Shown piece after piece: positions 56,476-64,000 of a DNA stretch of 64,000 nucleotides; position 1 is the first letter of the stretch; every line of letters starts with the position of its first letter. Both the position numbers and the translations under genes were made by a program. A model generated the notes under the pieces. That model searched no databases. It was not told the DNA's origin and saw only the letters and a list, made by a program, of their open reading frames with translations. Where the stretch lies: the NCBI GenBank assembly GCA_030647555.1, contig JAUSJG010000008.1, positions 65,467 through 129,466 on the forward strand, in the 5' to 3' direction. This DNA is from a bacterium. Lineage in GTDB: Bacteria; Patescibacteriota; Andersenbacteria; UBA10190; CAIZMI01.

Positions 56476-56516
56476 CCTCCCTTTAACGAAAGGGAGGTAA
56501 CGGCTACGCGGATTCC
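56476..56516 (+). promoter_or_regulatory. Conserved leader motif CCTCCCTTTaacgAAAGGGAGG...CGGATTCC followed by hairpin ATTCCTGCttgagGCAGGAAT (shared with 17206-17238)
   Basis: Direct comparison with the 17206-17261 region. It lies in a 340-bp 5' region upstream of the 1474-aa ORF. Confidence 0.45.
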
Positions 56517-56702
56517 TGCTTGAGGCAGGAATGACATGATGTGACGCTAAGGCGACTGACGTAAATACCCTATCCATCTTATGCTCACTACATCTCTGAC
56601 TGTGAGCGGTTACCACCACCATGTTTGGCAGAGAGCTCGCGTAATTTGACAATATTAACAAGAGGGTAATAATAAAGGTAGAATTGTTATTAACATAAAC
56701 AA

Positions 56703-59700
56703 ATGAAACTAAATATTTTAAGATTCGTGATTAAAGCCGTCGTCGTTTTTTTTGTCGTGGTTTTGGTTGGTGGTGGTGCGTATTTGGCAAAACAGTTTAT
56801 TCGTCAAGCCGGGGCCGCGGCAATAACCGTATCGGCGTTCAGTGTAAGCTCGTCGGTGGCATCCGCGCAGAATGTCACCTATACTTATACGTTTACCACA
56901 GCCGCGCAGTTGCTCGGCGTTGATTCCGACTATGTGACACTGGGCTTGCAGAGAGATTGGGGAACTTCGGTGAATTTTTGCAATGCCACCGTCGTTAGTA
57001 TTGTGAATGGATCCAGCGAAGACATTTCCGGCCAATTCGGCGCGATCCAAACAAATCCGAACAATTGCGATAATGTTAACTTGCCCGTCAGTGGCACGAT
57101 TTCCGCCTCGACGCAAATTACCGCGCAACTTAGCGGAGTGACGAATCCGAGTGTCGAAGGAGCTTATTGGCCATACGTTGCGGATTCCAAAAATAATCAA
57201 GCAACGACGGCGACGGCTCCACACCAACCAATCGGAACACCGATGTTAAAAGTGAAGGTTGTCCAGCCAGATGGTTCAACGGCTTCGGCCAACTCTAATG
57301 TTTGGATTCATACGTCAAATTACACGGCGAGCGGGGGAAAAAACACCGGCATTGATGGCAAAGCTTATATATTCGCGAGCGACATTTACGGGGCGCAAGG
57401 AGAATCGCGTAATGGAACTTATATAATCGAAGCATTCGCGCCGGACGGCAGTACTTATTCCAATGCCGTTTCAGTAAGCAACGTGGCGCTTACGGAGGGT
57501 TCCACCGTTGATTATACCCAGGCGCCTTTGGGAGCGGTCGCGCTGACGCGGGTGCAAATTACGGGGACGGTAAAAGTGCCGGCCGGTTGCACAAATTGCG
57601 TGGCGGCGGCCGGAAGCGCGGTGGCTGACGCGTCGGTGAATCTGATGGACGCGTCCTTCAATCCGCAACGCTCAAAATACACGCAAACCAACGCCAACGG
57701 CGTCTTTCGTTTTGGCGGTTTAGTGGCGGGTTCGTATCGGTTGGAGGTTCGTCTGCCATTTAGTTCCGCGAATTATTTGGGTTTAAACGAGCCGAGCGCG
57801 ATTGAATTTACCGTCAACGAAAACGGTTCGGTTACTTACGGAGAAATCACTACGGCAGCGGCGAGTTTACCGCATAATTTGGGCAATGTCGAATACGCCT
57901 TGGCCACAAAGACGATCTCCGGTACGGTTACTAAAGACGGGGTGGCGCTTTCCGGCGCGTCAATACGTGCGTTCAAAATGATGGGTTCGGGGATGGCGCA
58001 AACAACAACGGCGGGAAACGGAACATATTCGTTGCAGGTGGGCGGTGGCGCGTGGATGCTGATGCCGGACGTAAACTATATGGCCAATTTTAATGGCGAC
58101 CCTAATGATGACGTAACGGCGGACTGGATTTATTGCGATAAATCCAAAAGCGTGTCTTTTGCCACTGGCAATACGGTGGAAAGTTCGACCGGTAATAATT
58201 TCGATGTCAAAGGGACGGCCGCGACGATCACCGGCCGTGTTACTTATCCGAACGGCAGTCCGGTGTCGGGCAACGCTTCCGTGGATCTTTTTTCCAAAGA
58301 TGGTTGCAGTTCCTACGCTTCGGTAAATTGGCAAACGGGTGCGTTTTCGGTGGCGGTGCCGTCCGGCACGTATAATGTGAAAGTTAACACGTGGGATCAA
58401 AGTTACGGAACGCCTGCTACACAGACAATCACGGTGACGTCGGGAACCAACGCTTTAGGCGATCTTGCTTTGGTGGAAAAAGCGGCGCGGATTACAGGAA
58501 TGGTTTGGGCGGATGCTAACGGCAATAATTCATATGATGCCGGCGAGGGTGTTGGCAATATGCGTGTTGAAGCGTTTAAAATGGGACGGAAGTTTGACGA
58601 ATCGTCCGGCGGAATGGGCGGGTCGATGGGCGGTGGGGACTGGGCGAATACGAATTCTTCCGCCACCGAGGCGACGAAAGGGCAATTTACCTTAAATGTC
58701 ACTAGGGGTACGTGGGTAGTGAATGTGATGGCGGATAGGGGAATGATGGGTGGCGGATATTCGCAAAGTTCGACGAATTATATTTATAGCGGTGCGCCGA
58801 CGACGGTGAATATCACTTCCGATAGCGCGTCCAGCGCGAATAATAATTTTAAAATGTCAATTGCCGACGCGACAATCACCGGACGCGTGGTTGCGGCGGG
58901 CACCGAAACGGTTGTGTCTAATTTGTGGGGTTATGCTTTCGCGGAGTCTAATTCCGCGTATAACGCGGGGCCGATGATGGGCGCGGGAATGGGCAGTCCT
59001 ATTTCTAATGGCACATTTACTATTAAGGTGCCGGCCGGTACATACCGCGTCGGCGTGGATTTTCCGACGGACTCCGCCGGTTACACGCCGGCTAATATGA
59101 CAACTGTGACGGCAGTTTCCGGACAAAATACCAATGTAGACGTTTCCGTGCAACCGAATAATGCTACGGTGCGCGTGCGATTTAAAGATGGCAACGGAAA
59201 TCTAGTTACGAATTTAAGTTTCGCGGAAGTGTTTATGGATAATGGTAATGGTGGCCATGTTTGGAAAATGTTTAATTCTGCTAATTTGACTACCGGTTAT
59301 GTCGATGTTGTAGTGGCCGCGGGAACATGGCGGGTCGGTTACCATATTGATCCGGCGAGCAATAATTATATGAGTATTCCTAACACGGAAAACAACGTGA
59401 CGGCCGTGGCAAACACAACAGTAACTAAAGACGTTGTTTTGCGCTCCGCGGATTCCACGGTTTCCGGTACGGTCTATAACCCGAGCGGTTCACCGCTCGC
59501 TGGCGTATGGGTGTCGGTGGATAACCGCAAGTCGTCTTCTTTCCAACCGGGTATTGGGCCGATGTTCTCCGAGGGGAAGATGACCGGTTCTGATGGCACA
59601 TATTCGTTAAATATGCCCGCAGGTACTTATAAAATTGCCGCTTTTTTCCCACCCGAGGCGATGGTAGGCGGTACGACCGTTAATTATTTGAATCCGCAGG

Positions 59701-61127
59701 CCACGGAGGTGACGATTTCTGCCTCTGTCCCGACGACCACCAATTTCACCTTCGGCCGGGCGAACGCCACTATTTCCGGCGCGATTACTTTGAATGGTGC
59801 CAATCAAGGCGGTTTTGTGACGGCTTATTCCAGTTCCGGTCGTTACAACGAAGTTGTTAGCGGAAATGGGAGTTACAGCCTAAACGTAACGAGCGGAGAA
59901 ACGTGGTACGTGAGAGCGATGTATGAAACCGGTAATTCATTTTATCTTTCCGACGTTTATGAAGTGGATTTGAGCGGAACAACTACGGCGACGCAAAATT
60001 TGGCATTGGCGGCCGCTTCCTTTACTGTTCCCGATGCCGTGTCTGCCACATTTAATTGCGCCAATGCGAAAAAGCTGTCTTTGTCAAACGGAATGGAAGT
60101 TTCTATTCCCGCAAACACGATTGTTCCTTCTTCGGTGGATACTTGCGATTCGTCCAATTCGTCCAGCAATATCACGTTAACGGTCACCCCCACGGCGCAA
60201 ATGTCTTTGCAAGATAATTCGGTGCCGATTGGCGTGGGTTATGAAATTAGCGCGTTGGATTCCAACGGCGCGGAAATCACCGGAACGTTCAGTAATTCCG
60301 TGACGATCACGATTCCCTATACGGACGCGCAAATTTTGGCTTCGATGGGAGGAAGTTTGTCCGCGGAATCACTGTTGGGCAACGGTTACTGGGATACGTC
60401 TACGTCTACGTGGCGAACCGTCGACGGGCAAGTGTTAGATACGGAAAATAATACTTTAACCATTACCACGGATCACTTCACGCTTTATGGCGTGTTGGCT
60501 TCAACCAACCCATCCACGACGCGACAGACTTCGACATCGTCGTCAACTTCGGGTAGTAGTGGCGGCGGATCGGACGGAGGTTCTGTTGTGGAAAAGTTTG
60601 TGCGACCCGGACAGAGATTTTCATTGACGGTAACGCCAAGCGTTTTGAAAGGAATAGAATACATCACGGCAAACGTGTTTGGTAAAAAATACACGTTAAA
60701 AAAGTCCGGAAAAAAATATTTTGTCGTCCTTACTGCTCCGCAAAAAAGCGCGCGTTATAATGCCGCGATCGTGACGCGTTTCGCTAAATATTCAACTGAC
60801 GAAAAACGAGTGATGGTGGTGTCGGGTAAGTTGGTTAAAGCAAGCGTGCAACCAAAGTCGACGCCGGTTTTGGACACTATGGCTCCCTTGTCGGCAAAAA
60901 AGAACTCGGTGTCAAAGAAAATTTCTTCGTTGTTTAAAAAACAAAGCACTTTCGTTGCCACGCCAAGCCCGTCAAATGGATCTTCGGAAACAGCTGTCAC
61001 GGAACCGGTGATTGTCGCGCCAATTATTGCGTCGACAAATTCGCCGGAGGCGGAAATAAAGACGGAAAATAAAATTCAATCCGTAAAGGTGCCGTGGTAT
61101 CGCAAAATATTGCAGTGGTTTTATTGA
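56703..61127 (+). CDS. giant (1474 aa) secreted/membrane-anchored surface protein with multiple CarboxypepD_reg-like/Ig-like beta-sandwich repeats, Gly/Met-rich linkers and a Ser/Thr-rich stalk
   Basis: N-terminal TM/signal 'VVVFFVVVLVGGG'. Repeats of the type 'ITGTVKVPAG...DASVNL...TQTNANGVFRFGGLVAGSYRLEV'. 'GGMGGSMGGGDW' and 'MMGAGMGSP' segments. 'STSSSTSGSSGGGSDGGS' linker. Markedly GC-rich, with many spurious antisense ORFs in the track. Confidence 0.6.
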   Translation: MKLNILRFVIKAVVVFFVVVLVGGGAYLAKQFIRQAGAAAITVSAFSVSSSVASAQNVTYTYTFTTAAQLLGVDSDYVTLGLQRDWGTSVNFCNATVVSIVNGSSEDISGQFGAIQTNPNNCDNVNLPVSGTISASTQITAQLSGVTNPSVEGAYWPYVADSKNNQATTATAPHQPIGTPMLKVKVVQPDGSTASANSNVWIHTSNYTASGGKNTGIDGKAYIFASDIYGAQGESRNGTYIIEAFAPDGSTYSNAVSVSNVALTEGSTVDYTQAPLGAVALTRVQITGTVKVPAGCTNCVAAAGSAVADASVNLMDASFNPQRSKYTQTNANGVFRFGGLVAGSYRLEVRLPFSSANYLGLNEPSAIEFTVNENGSVTYGEITTAAASLPHNLGNVEYALATKTISGTVTKDGVALSGASIRAFKMMGSGMAQTTTAGNGTYSLQVGGGAWMLMPDVNYMANFNGDPNDDVTADWIYCDKSKSVSFATGNTVESSTGNNFDVKGTAATITGRVTYPNGSPVSGNASVDLFSKDGCSSYASVNWQTGAFSVAVPSGTYNVKVNTWDQSYGTPATQTITVTSGTNALGDLALVEKAARITGMVWADANGNNSYDAGEGVGNMRVEAFKMGRKFDESSGGMGGSMGGGDWANTNSSATEATKGQFTLNVTRGTWVVNVMADRGMMGGGYSQSSTNYIYSGAPTTVNITSDSASSANNNFKMSIADATITGRVVAAGTETVVSNLWGYAFAESNSAYNAGPMMGAGMGSPISNGTFTIKVPAGTYRVGVDFPTDSAGYTPANMTTVTAVSGQNTNVDVSVQPNNATVRVRFKDGNGNLVTNLSFAEVFMDNGNGGHVWKMFNSANLTTGYVDVVVAAGTWRVGYHIDPASNNYMSIPNTENNVTAVANTTVTKDVVLRSADSTVSGTVYNPSGSPLAGVWVSVDNRKSSSFQPGIGPMFSEGKMTGSDGTYSLNMPAGTYKIAAFFPPEAMVGGTTVNYLNPQATEVTISASVPTTTNFTFGRANATISGAITLNGANQGGFVTAYSSSGRYNEVVSGNGSYSLNVTSGETWYVRAMYETGNSFYLSDVYEVDLSGTTTATQNLALAAASFTVPDAVSATFNCANAKKLSLSNGMEVSIPANTIVPSSVDTCDSSNSSSNITLTVTPTAQMSLQDNSVPIGVGYEISALDSNGAEITGTFSNSVTITIPYTDAQILASMGGSLSAESLLGNGYWDTSTSTWRTVDGQVLDTENNTLTITTDHFTLYGVLASTNPSTTRQTSTSSSTSGSSGGGSDGGSVVEKFVRPGQRFSLTVTPSVLKGIEYITANVFGKKYTLKKSGKKYFVVLTAPQKSARYNAAIVTRFAKYSTDEKRVMVVSGKLVKASVQPKSTPVLDTMAPLSAKKNSVSKKISSLFKKQSTFVATPSPSNGSSETAVTEPVIVAPIIASTNSPEAEIKTENKIQSVKVPWYRKILQWFY

Positions 61128-61169
61128 AAACCGCTTTGTTTATGGATGGGGGGGTAAAAGGGTCAAAAC

Positions 61170-61220
61170 TTGACTTAGTGACGTAAAAAGTATATATTTA
61201 GGTTATTATACTAACCTAAA
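61170..61220 (+). promoter_or_regulatory. Sigma70-like promoter (TTGACT-17-TATATT) overlapped by a perfect palindrome TTTAGGTTAttatacTAACCTAAA (candidate operator)
   Basis: -35 at 61170-61175, -10 at 61193-61198, palindrome at 61197-61220 with 9-bp perfect arms. The ATG lies at 61229. Confidence 0.5.
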
Positions 61221-61228
61221 TAGCATAT

Positions 61229-62350
61229 ATGTCGGTTACTAGACACATTCAAAAGGCGATAGAGGGGGCTTTGTTTCAAGGTAAAATAGTTGTAATTTAC
61301 GGTGCCAGGCAGGTTGGAAAAACAACCTTAGTGAGAGAGATTATGTCAAAGCATGAGGGGGCTTTGTATTTGAATTGTGATGAACCGGATGTTCGAAATG
61401 CTTTAATTGACAAAACCTCTACTGAACTCAAGTCTTTTATCGGTTCCCGAAAACTTGTTGTGATTGACGAAGCGCAACGGGTTAAAAATATCGGGCTGAC
61501 TCTGAAGCTTATTGTCGATACTTTTCCGGAGATCCAAGTGATTGCCACGGGGTCGTCTTCTTTTGAGTTGTCCGGAAAGATTTCCGAGCCCTTAACCGGT
61601 CGAAAAACAGAGTTCTTTCTTTATCCTTTTTCTGTGGAAGAACTATTTCAAATCCATTCTCCGGTCGAGGTTGGCAGATTACTTGAGGAGCAACTTGTTT
61701 TTGGGATGTACCCGGGGGTTGTTTTTGCGGGGCCCGATCGTGAAAAAATTGTGAGAGAGTTGGCGACAAGTTATTCTTATAAAGACGTGCTTGCTTATCA
61801 GGATATTCGGAACCCGGAACTTTTGGAGAAACTTTTGCAGGCATTGGCGCTTCAGGTTGGCAATGAGGTTTCTTTTTCCGGGCTGGCGCAAATAGTTGGT
61901 GCCAATAAGGTTACGGTGGAAAGCTATATTCGGATTTTAGAACAAGCTTATATCATTTTTCGCGTTGGTCCGTTTTCGCGAAATTTACGAAACGAATTGA
62001 AGAAGAAACGCAAGATTTATTTTTATGATCTTGGTTTACGGAATGCTTTAATTAATAATCTTAACCCGATTTCACTGCGTTCGGATGTCGGCGCATTGTG
62101 GGAAAATTATATGATGAGTGAAAGATTAAAGCGAAACAATAATCATGGGATTTCCGCGAATACATATTTTTGGCGGACCAGTACGGGCAAAGAAATTGAT
62201 TATATTGAGGACGTGGGTGGTGTTTTGTCCGGTTTTGAGTTTAAGTGGCAAAAAAGTAATTTTACTAAGCCAAAAGAATTTTTAACGGCTTATCCCAACA
62301 GTACGATTGAGTTGATAAACAAGGATAATTATTTGGAATTTCTGCGGTAG
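61229..62350 (+). CDS. AAA-family ATPase with DUF4143-like C-terminal domain (AAA_14/DUF4143 architecture)
   Basis: Walker A 'GARQVGKTT', Walker B 'LVVIDEAQ'. 373 aa with the C-terminal conserved region typical of this widespread ATPase family. Confidence 0.65.
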   Translation: MSVTRHIQKAIEGALFQGKIVVIYGARQVGKTTLVREIMSKHEGALYLNCDEPDVRNALIDKTSTELKSFIGSRKLVVIDEAQRVKNIGLTLKLIVDTFPEIQVIATGSSSFELSGKISEPLTGRKTEFFLYPFSVEELFQIHSPVEVGRLLEEQLVFGMYPGVVFAGPDREKIVRELATSYSYKDVLAYQDIRNPELLEKLLQALALQVGNEVSFSGLAQIVGANKVTVESYIRILEQAYIIFRVGPFSRNLRNELKKKRKIYFYDLGLRNALINNLNPISLRSDVGALWENYMMSERLKRNNNHGISANTYFWRTSTGKEIDYIEDVGGVLSGFEFKWQKSNFTKPKEFLTAYPNSTIELINKDNYLEFLR

Positions 62351-62413
62351 GGTTTCTGAAATTTGCAAGAGGAGTGGGTTTGTACAATTATTGTGTAGTG
62401 CTAAAATATAATT

Positions 62414-63622
62414 ATGATTGTGGATATGTTGTTGAGGGTGTTGGGGGAGAATCCTAGCCAATACACTCAGAGTATTGATAAGTGGATAGCCCTGGAAACA
62501 ATTATTACTGATAAAATATTTTTTGTTTTACCATACGTGTTGTTTGTCGTTTGTTGGTTGTGGGTAATAAAGGACAAAAGAAATGGAAAAGTTATTTCAA
62601 AGAGAAGAATTGTAAAGGTGTTATTTATTAGTGTCTTGTTGTTGTTGGTTGGATTCAGTATTCCTGGAATATATGATGGAATTTTATTGGCCGGTGGAAT
62701 TGATAGTGCATACTCAATCCCTACGCCGGAAAGTTATGAACCATACGTGGAACCGGATTCAGTTTTAGGTTTTTCTGTTTCTCCAAACGTGACATTTGAA
62801 ATTATTGATCCTGATGGAAAGATTTTATCGCGTGAGAAGAACGAGCTCGGGGAAGACAACGCCAATTTTGATGATGATCCTTCTGACCCTGACGATATTA
62901 TTCTCGTTACCATTCGTAATCCAAAAGTGGGGAAGTATACGCTCAAGCTAACCGGTAATACCGCCGGTGATTATTATGTTGATTCAACTTATGTTAATGA
63001 CAATGGGGTGTTTGATGATGAAAATACGGGCACCATTAAAAAAGAAGAAGAAAAGACGCTTGAGGCCACGGTTTCGGAAACTGCCGGCGTGGATTTACCT
63101 GCAAACGAAACCGATAAAGGTTCGAATGATATAACCGTGACGGACGATAATAATACAACGGAAAATAAAACCGGTGATTCATCCGGACCCAATACTGCTA
63201 AAATAAAAACTGGAACCGTGCTGGGGACGGCGACGGTGCGGGTGAAATTGAGTTAGACGATTTTATCTGTTCGACAACGACTTGAACGGGAGATTGCCGC
63301 GCCTCCGCCAAACGGGCGGATGGCTCCAGCCTTCGCCGAGGCTACGGCCGGCAGGCGCAAAGACGGCGGATTAACAAAAAAAGATTTTAATTTATTGGTT
63401 GGGCCGGTTAATGAAATGCTTTTACGGGCGCGGGCTTATGAAACTGCCCTGGCAAATAAAAAAACAAAAACAGCTGTAAGTTTGCTTGTTAAAATTAAAG
63501 AAGATTTTCAGGATTTTGCGAATAAGGTCGAGAAATTAATTGCCACTGGGAAATTAAATCAACAAACAGTGAATGTTCTGACGGCCTTGGTGCAACGATT
63601 GGGGAACGCGGGATTGCGGTGA
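62414..63622 (+). pseudogene. Degenerate paralog of the 53979..56364 module: small-TM N-terminus fused in frame to the PPC-like/C-terminal domains (hydrolase domain deleted), interrupted by an in-frame TAG at 63254-63256
   Basis: ORF-track entries 62414..63256 and 63320..63622 are in the same frame, separated only by the TAG. The N-terminal 'MIVDMLLRV' matches 53979, and 'LLAGGIDSAYSIPTPESYEPYVEPDSVLGF...' matches 55420 onward in the 695-aa protein. The C-terminus 'QRLGNAGLR' is identical. TAG is a real stop elsewhere (62348-62350). Confidence 0.55.
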
Positions 63623-63757
63623 GGACGACGGAATCCATCCCCGCCCCTCGAAGCGAGGTTCGCCTCGATGGGCGACATCCCTTGAATCCCCACGTCACAC
63701 AAGGTTATGTGGGGCGCTGAAAGGGAAGGAATACTACGGCGAAAACTTTATTGATAC

Positions 63758-63778
63758 CAATCAGGGTCGGACCCTATT
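63758..63778. repeat. REP-like palindrome CCAATCAGGGTCGGACCCTATTG
   Basis: Same CCAATCAG + GGGTC.GACCC unit as 51891-51931. Confidence 0.55.
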
Positions 63779-63857
63779 GCTTTGTGCGACGGCGCGGATT
63801 TATGCTTTCCGTCTGTTGGCGGGGCTAGTTTTTTGGAGGTGTGTTATAATTTTAATT

Positions 63858-64000
63858 ATGAAGAAAAAGATCGGGAAAAATAAAAATTTGTTAATTTATC
63901 AAGCGAAAAACGGCGCCATTGAGTTGCGTGGTGATTTTTCACGAGAAACAATTTGGGCGACGCAGGCACAGATCGCATCGATTTTTGACGTAACACCACA
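63858..64000 (+). CDS. RhuM-family protein, 5' part (runs off window end)
   Basis: 'MKKKIGKNKNLLIYQAKNGAIELRGDFSRETIWATQAQIASIFDV' has the RhuM-type N-terminus ('IWATQAQIA' parallels 'IWLTQDKIA' of 52663). A -10-like TATAAT at 63845-63850 lies 7 nt upstream of the ATG. Confidence 0.6.
   Translation, partial: MKKKIGKNKNLLIYQAKNGAIELRGDFSRETIWATQAQIASIFDVTP

Noticed and set aside
56718-60694. Numerous minus-strand and alternative-frame ORFs inside the 1474-aa gene (e.g. 56718..57227, 57960..58400, 58857..59153)
   Set aside because: They are an artefact of high GC content. The proteins are Arg/His-rich and low-complexity, while the plus-strand frame gives a coherent repeat-domain protein.
63254-63256. 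Alternative genetic code / programmed TAG readthrough in the paralog 62414..63622
   Set aside because: TAG is used as a genuine terminator for 61229..62350, and all long ORFs close normally with TAA, TGA or TAG under the standard code. A simple nonsense mutation (pseudogene) is the parsimonious reading, and readthrough is left only as a testable possibility.
1-64000. CRISPR arrays, rRNA or tRNA genes
   Set aside because: No regularly spaced direct repeats with unique spacers were seen. No tRNA-like T-loop/acceptor patterns or rRNA-like conserved blocks were recognised in any intergenic region. The direct and inverted repeats found are irregular and few.

Overview
The window is AT-rich (about 38-40% GC, with a few GC-rich islands) and its genes mostly lack Shine-Dalgarno sequences. 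It fits an uncultivated bacterium, possibly a Candidate Phyla Radiation (CPR)/Patescibacteria-type genome, but taxonomy cannot be proven from the sequence alone. The standard genetic code is used, with TAA, TGA and TAG all serving as stops.

Positions 1-51861 form one very large cell-envelope glycan biosynthesis and glycosylation super-locus, organised as long co-directional operons:
- Nine polytopic GT-C-type membrane glycosyltransferases: three YfhO-like, four PMT/ArnT-like (two of them tandem 493-aa paralogs), one DUF2079-like and one further GT-C-like protein. One more GT-C-like ORF, truncated at position 1, is missing from the ORF track because it has no in-window stop.
- Polyprenol-phosphate-sugar-type GT2 synthases, one with a DUF2304-like partner, plus several GT4 and GT2 transferases.
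- A Wzm/Wzt ABC exporter, an asparagine-synthase-type amidotransferase, many SAM methyltransferases, an FkbM methyltransferase and a CgeB-like protein.
- An HldE-like bifunctional nucleotidyltransferase/kinase with reversed domain order, a thiamine-diphosphate E1 alpha/beta pair, and a TviB/TviC (WbpO/WbpP)-like UDP-sugar dehydrogenase/4-epimerase pair with other SDR epimerases and dehydratases.

Positions 51862-64000 are a rearranged accessory region:
- A complete RhuM-family gene bracketed by 66-68-bp inverted repeats.
- Two further RhuM 5' starts, one broken after 28 codons and one running off the window end, which share a conserved 120-bp block.
- A roughly 220-bp duplicate of an epimerase gene's 5' end and promoter.
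- A module repeated in tandem (a small TM protein plus a secreted lipase-like/PPC-domain protein). The second copy has an in-frame deletion and an in-frame TAG stop.
- A GC-rich 1474-aa repeat-rich surface protein and a DUF4143 AAA ATPase preceded by a promoter with a perfect palindromic operator.

Recurrent non-coding elements are also present:
- GGGTC(C/G)GACCC palindromes downstream of five genes.
- A CCTCCCTTT...AAAGGGAGG hairpin plus CGGATTCC motif in two distant 5' leaders.
- A six-copy AATGACCA/TGGTCATT array between convergent genes.
- A 140-bp element with 20-bp inverted arms that is duplicated, and a roughly 300-bp GC-rich structured intergenic region.

No rRNA, tRNA, CRISPR array, transposase or integrase could be supported.
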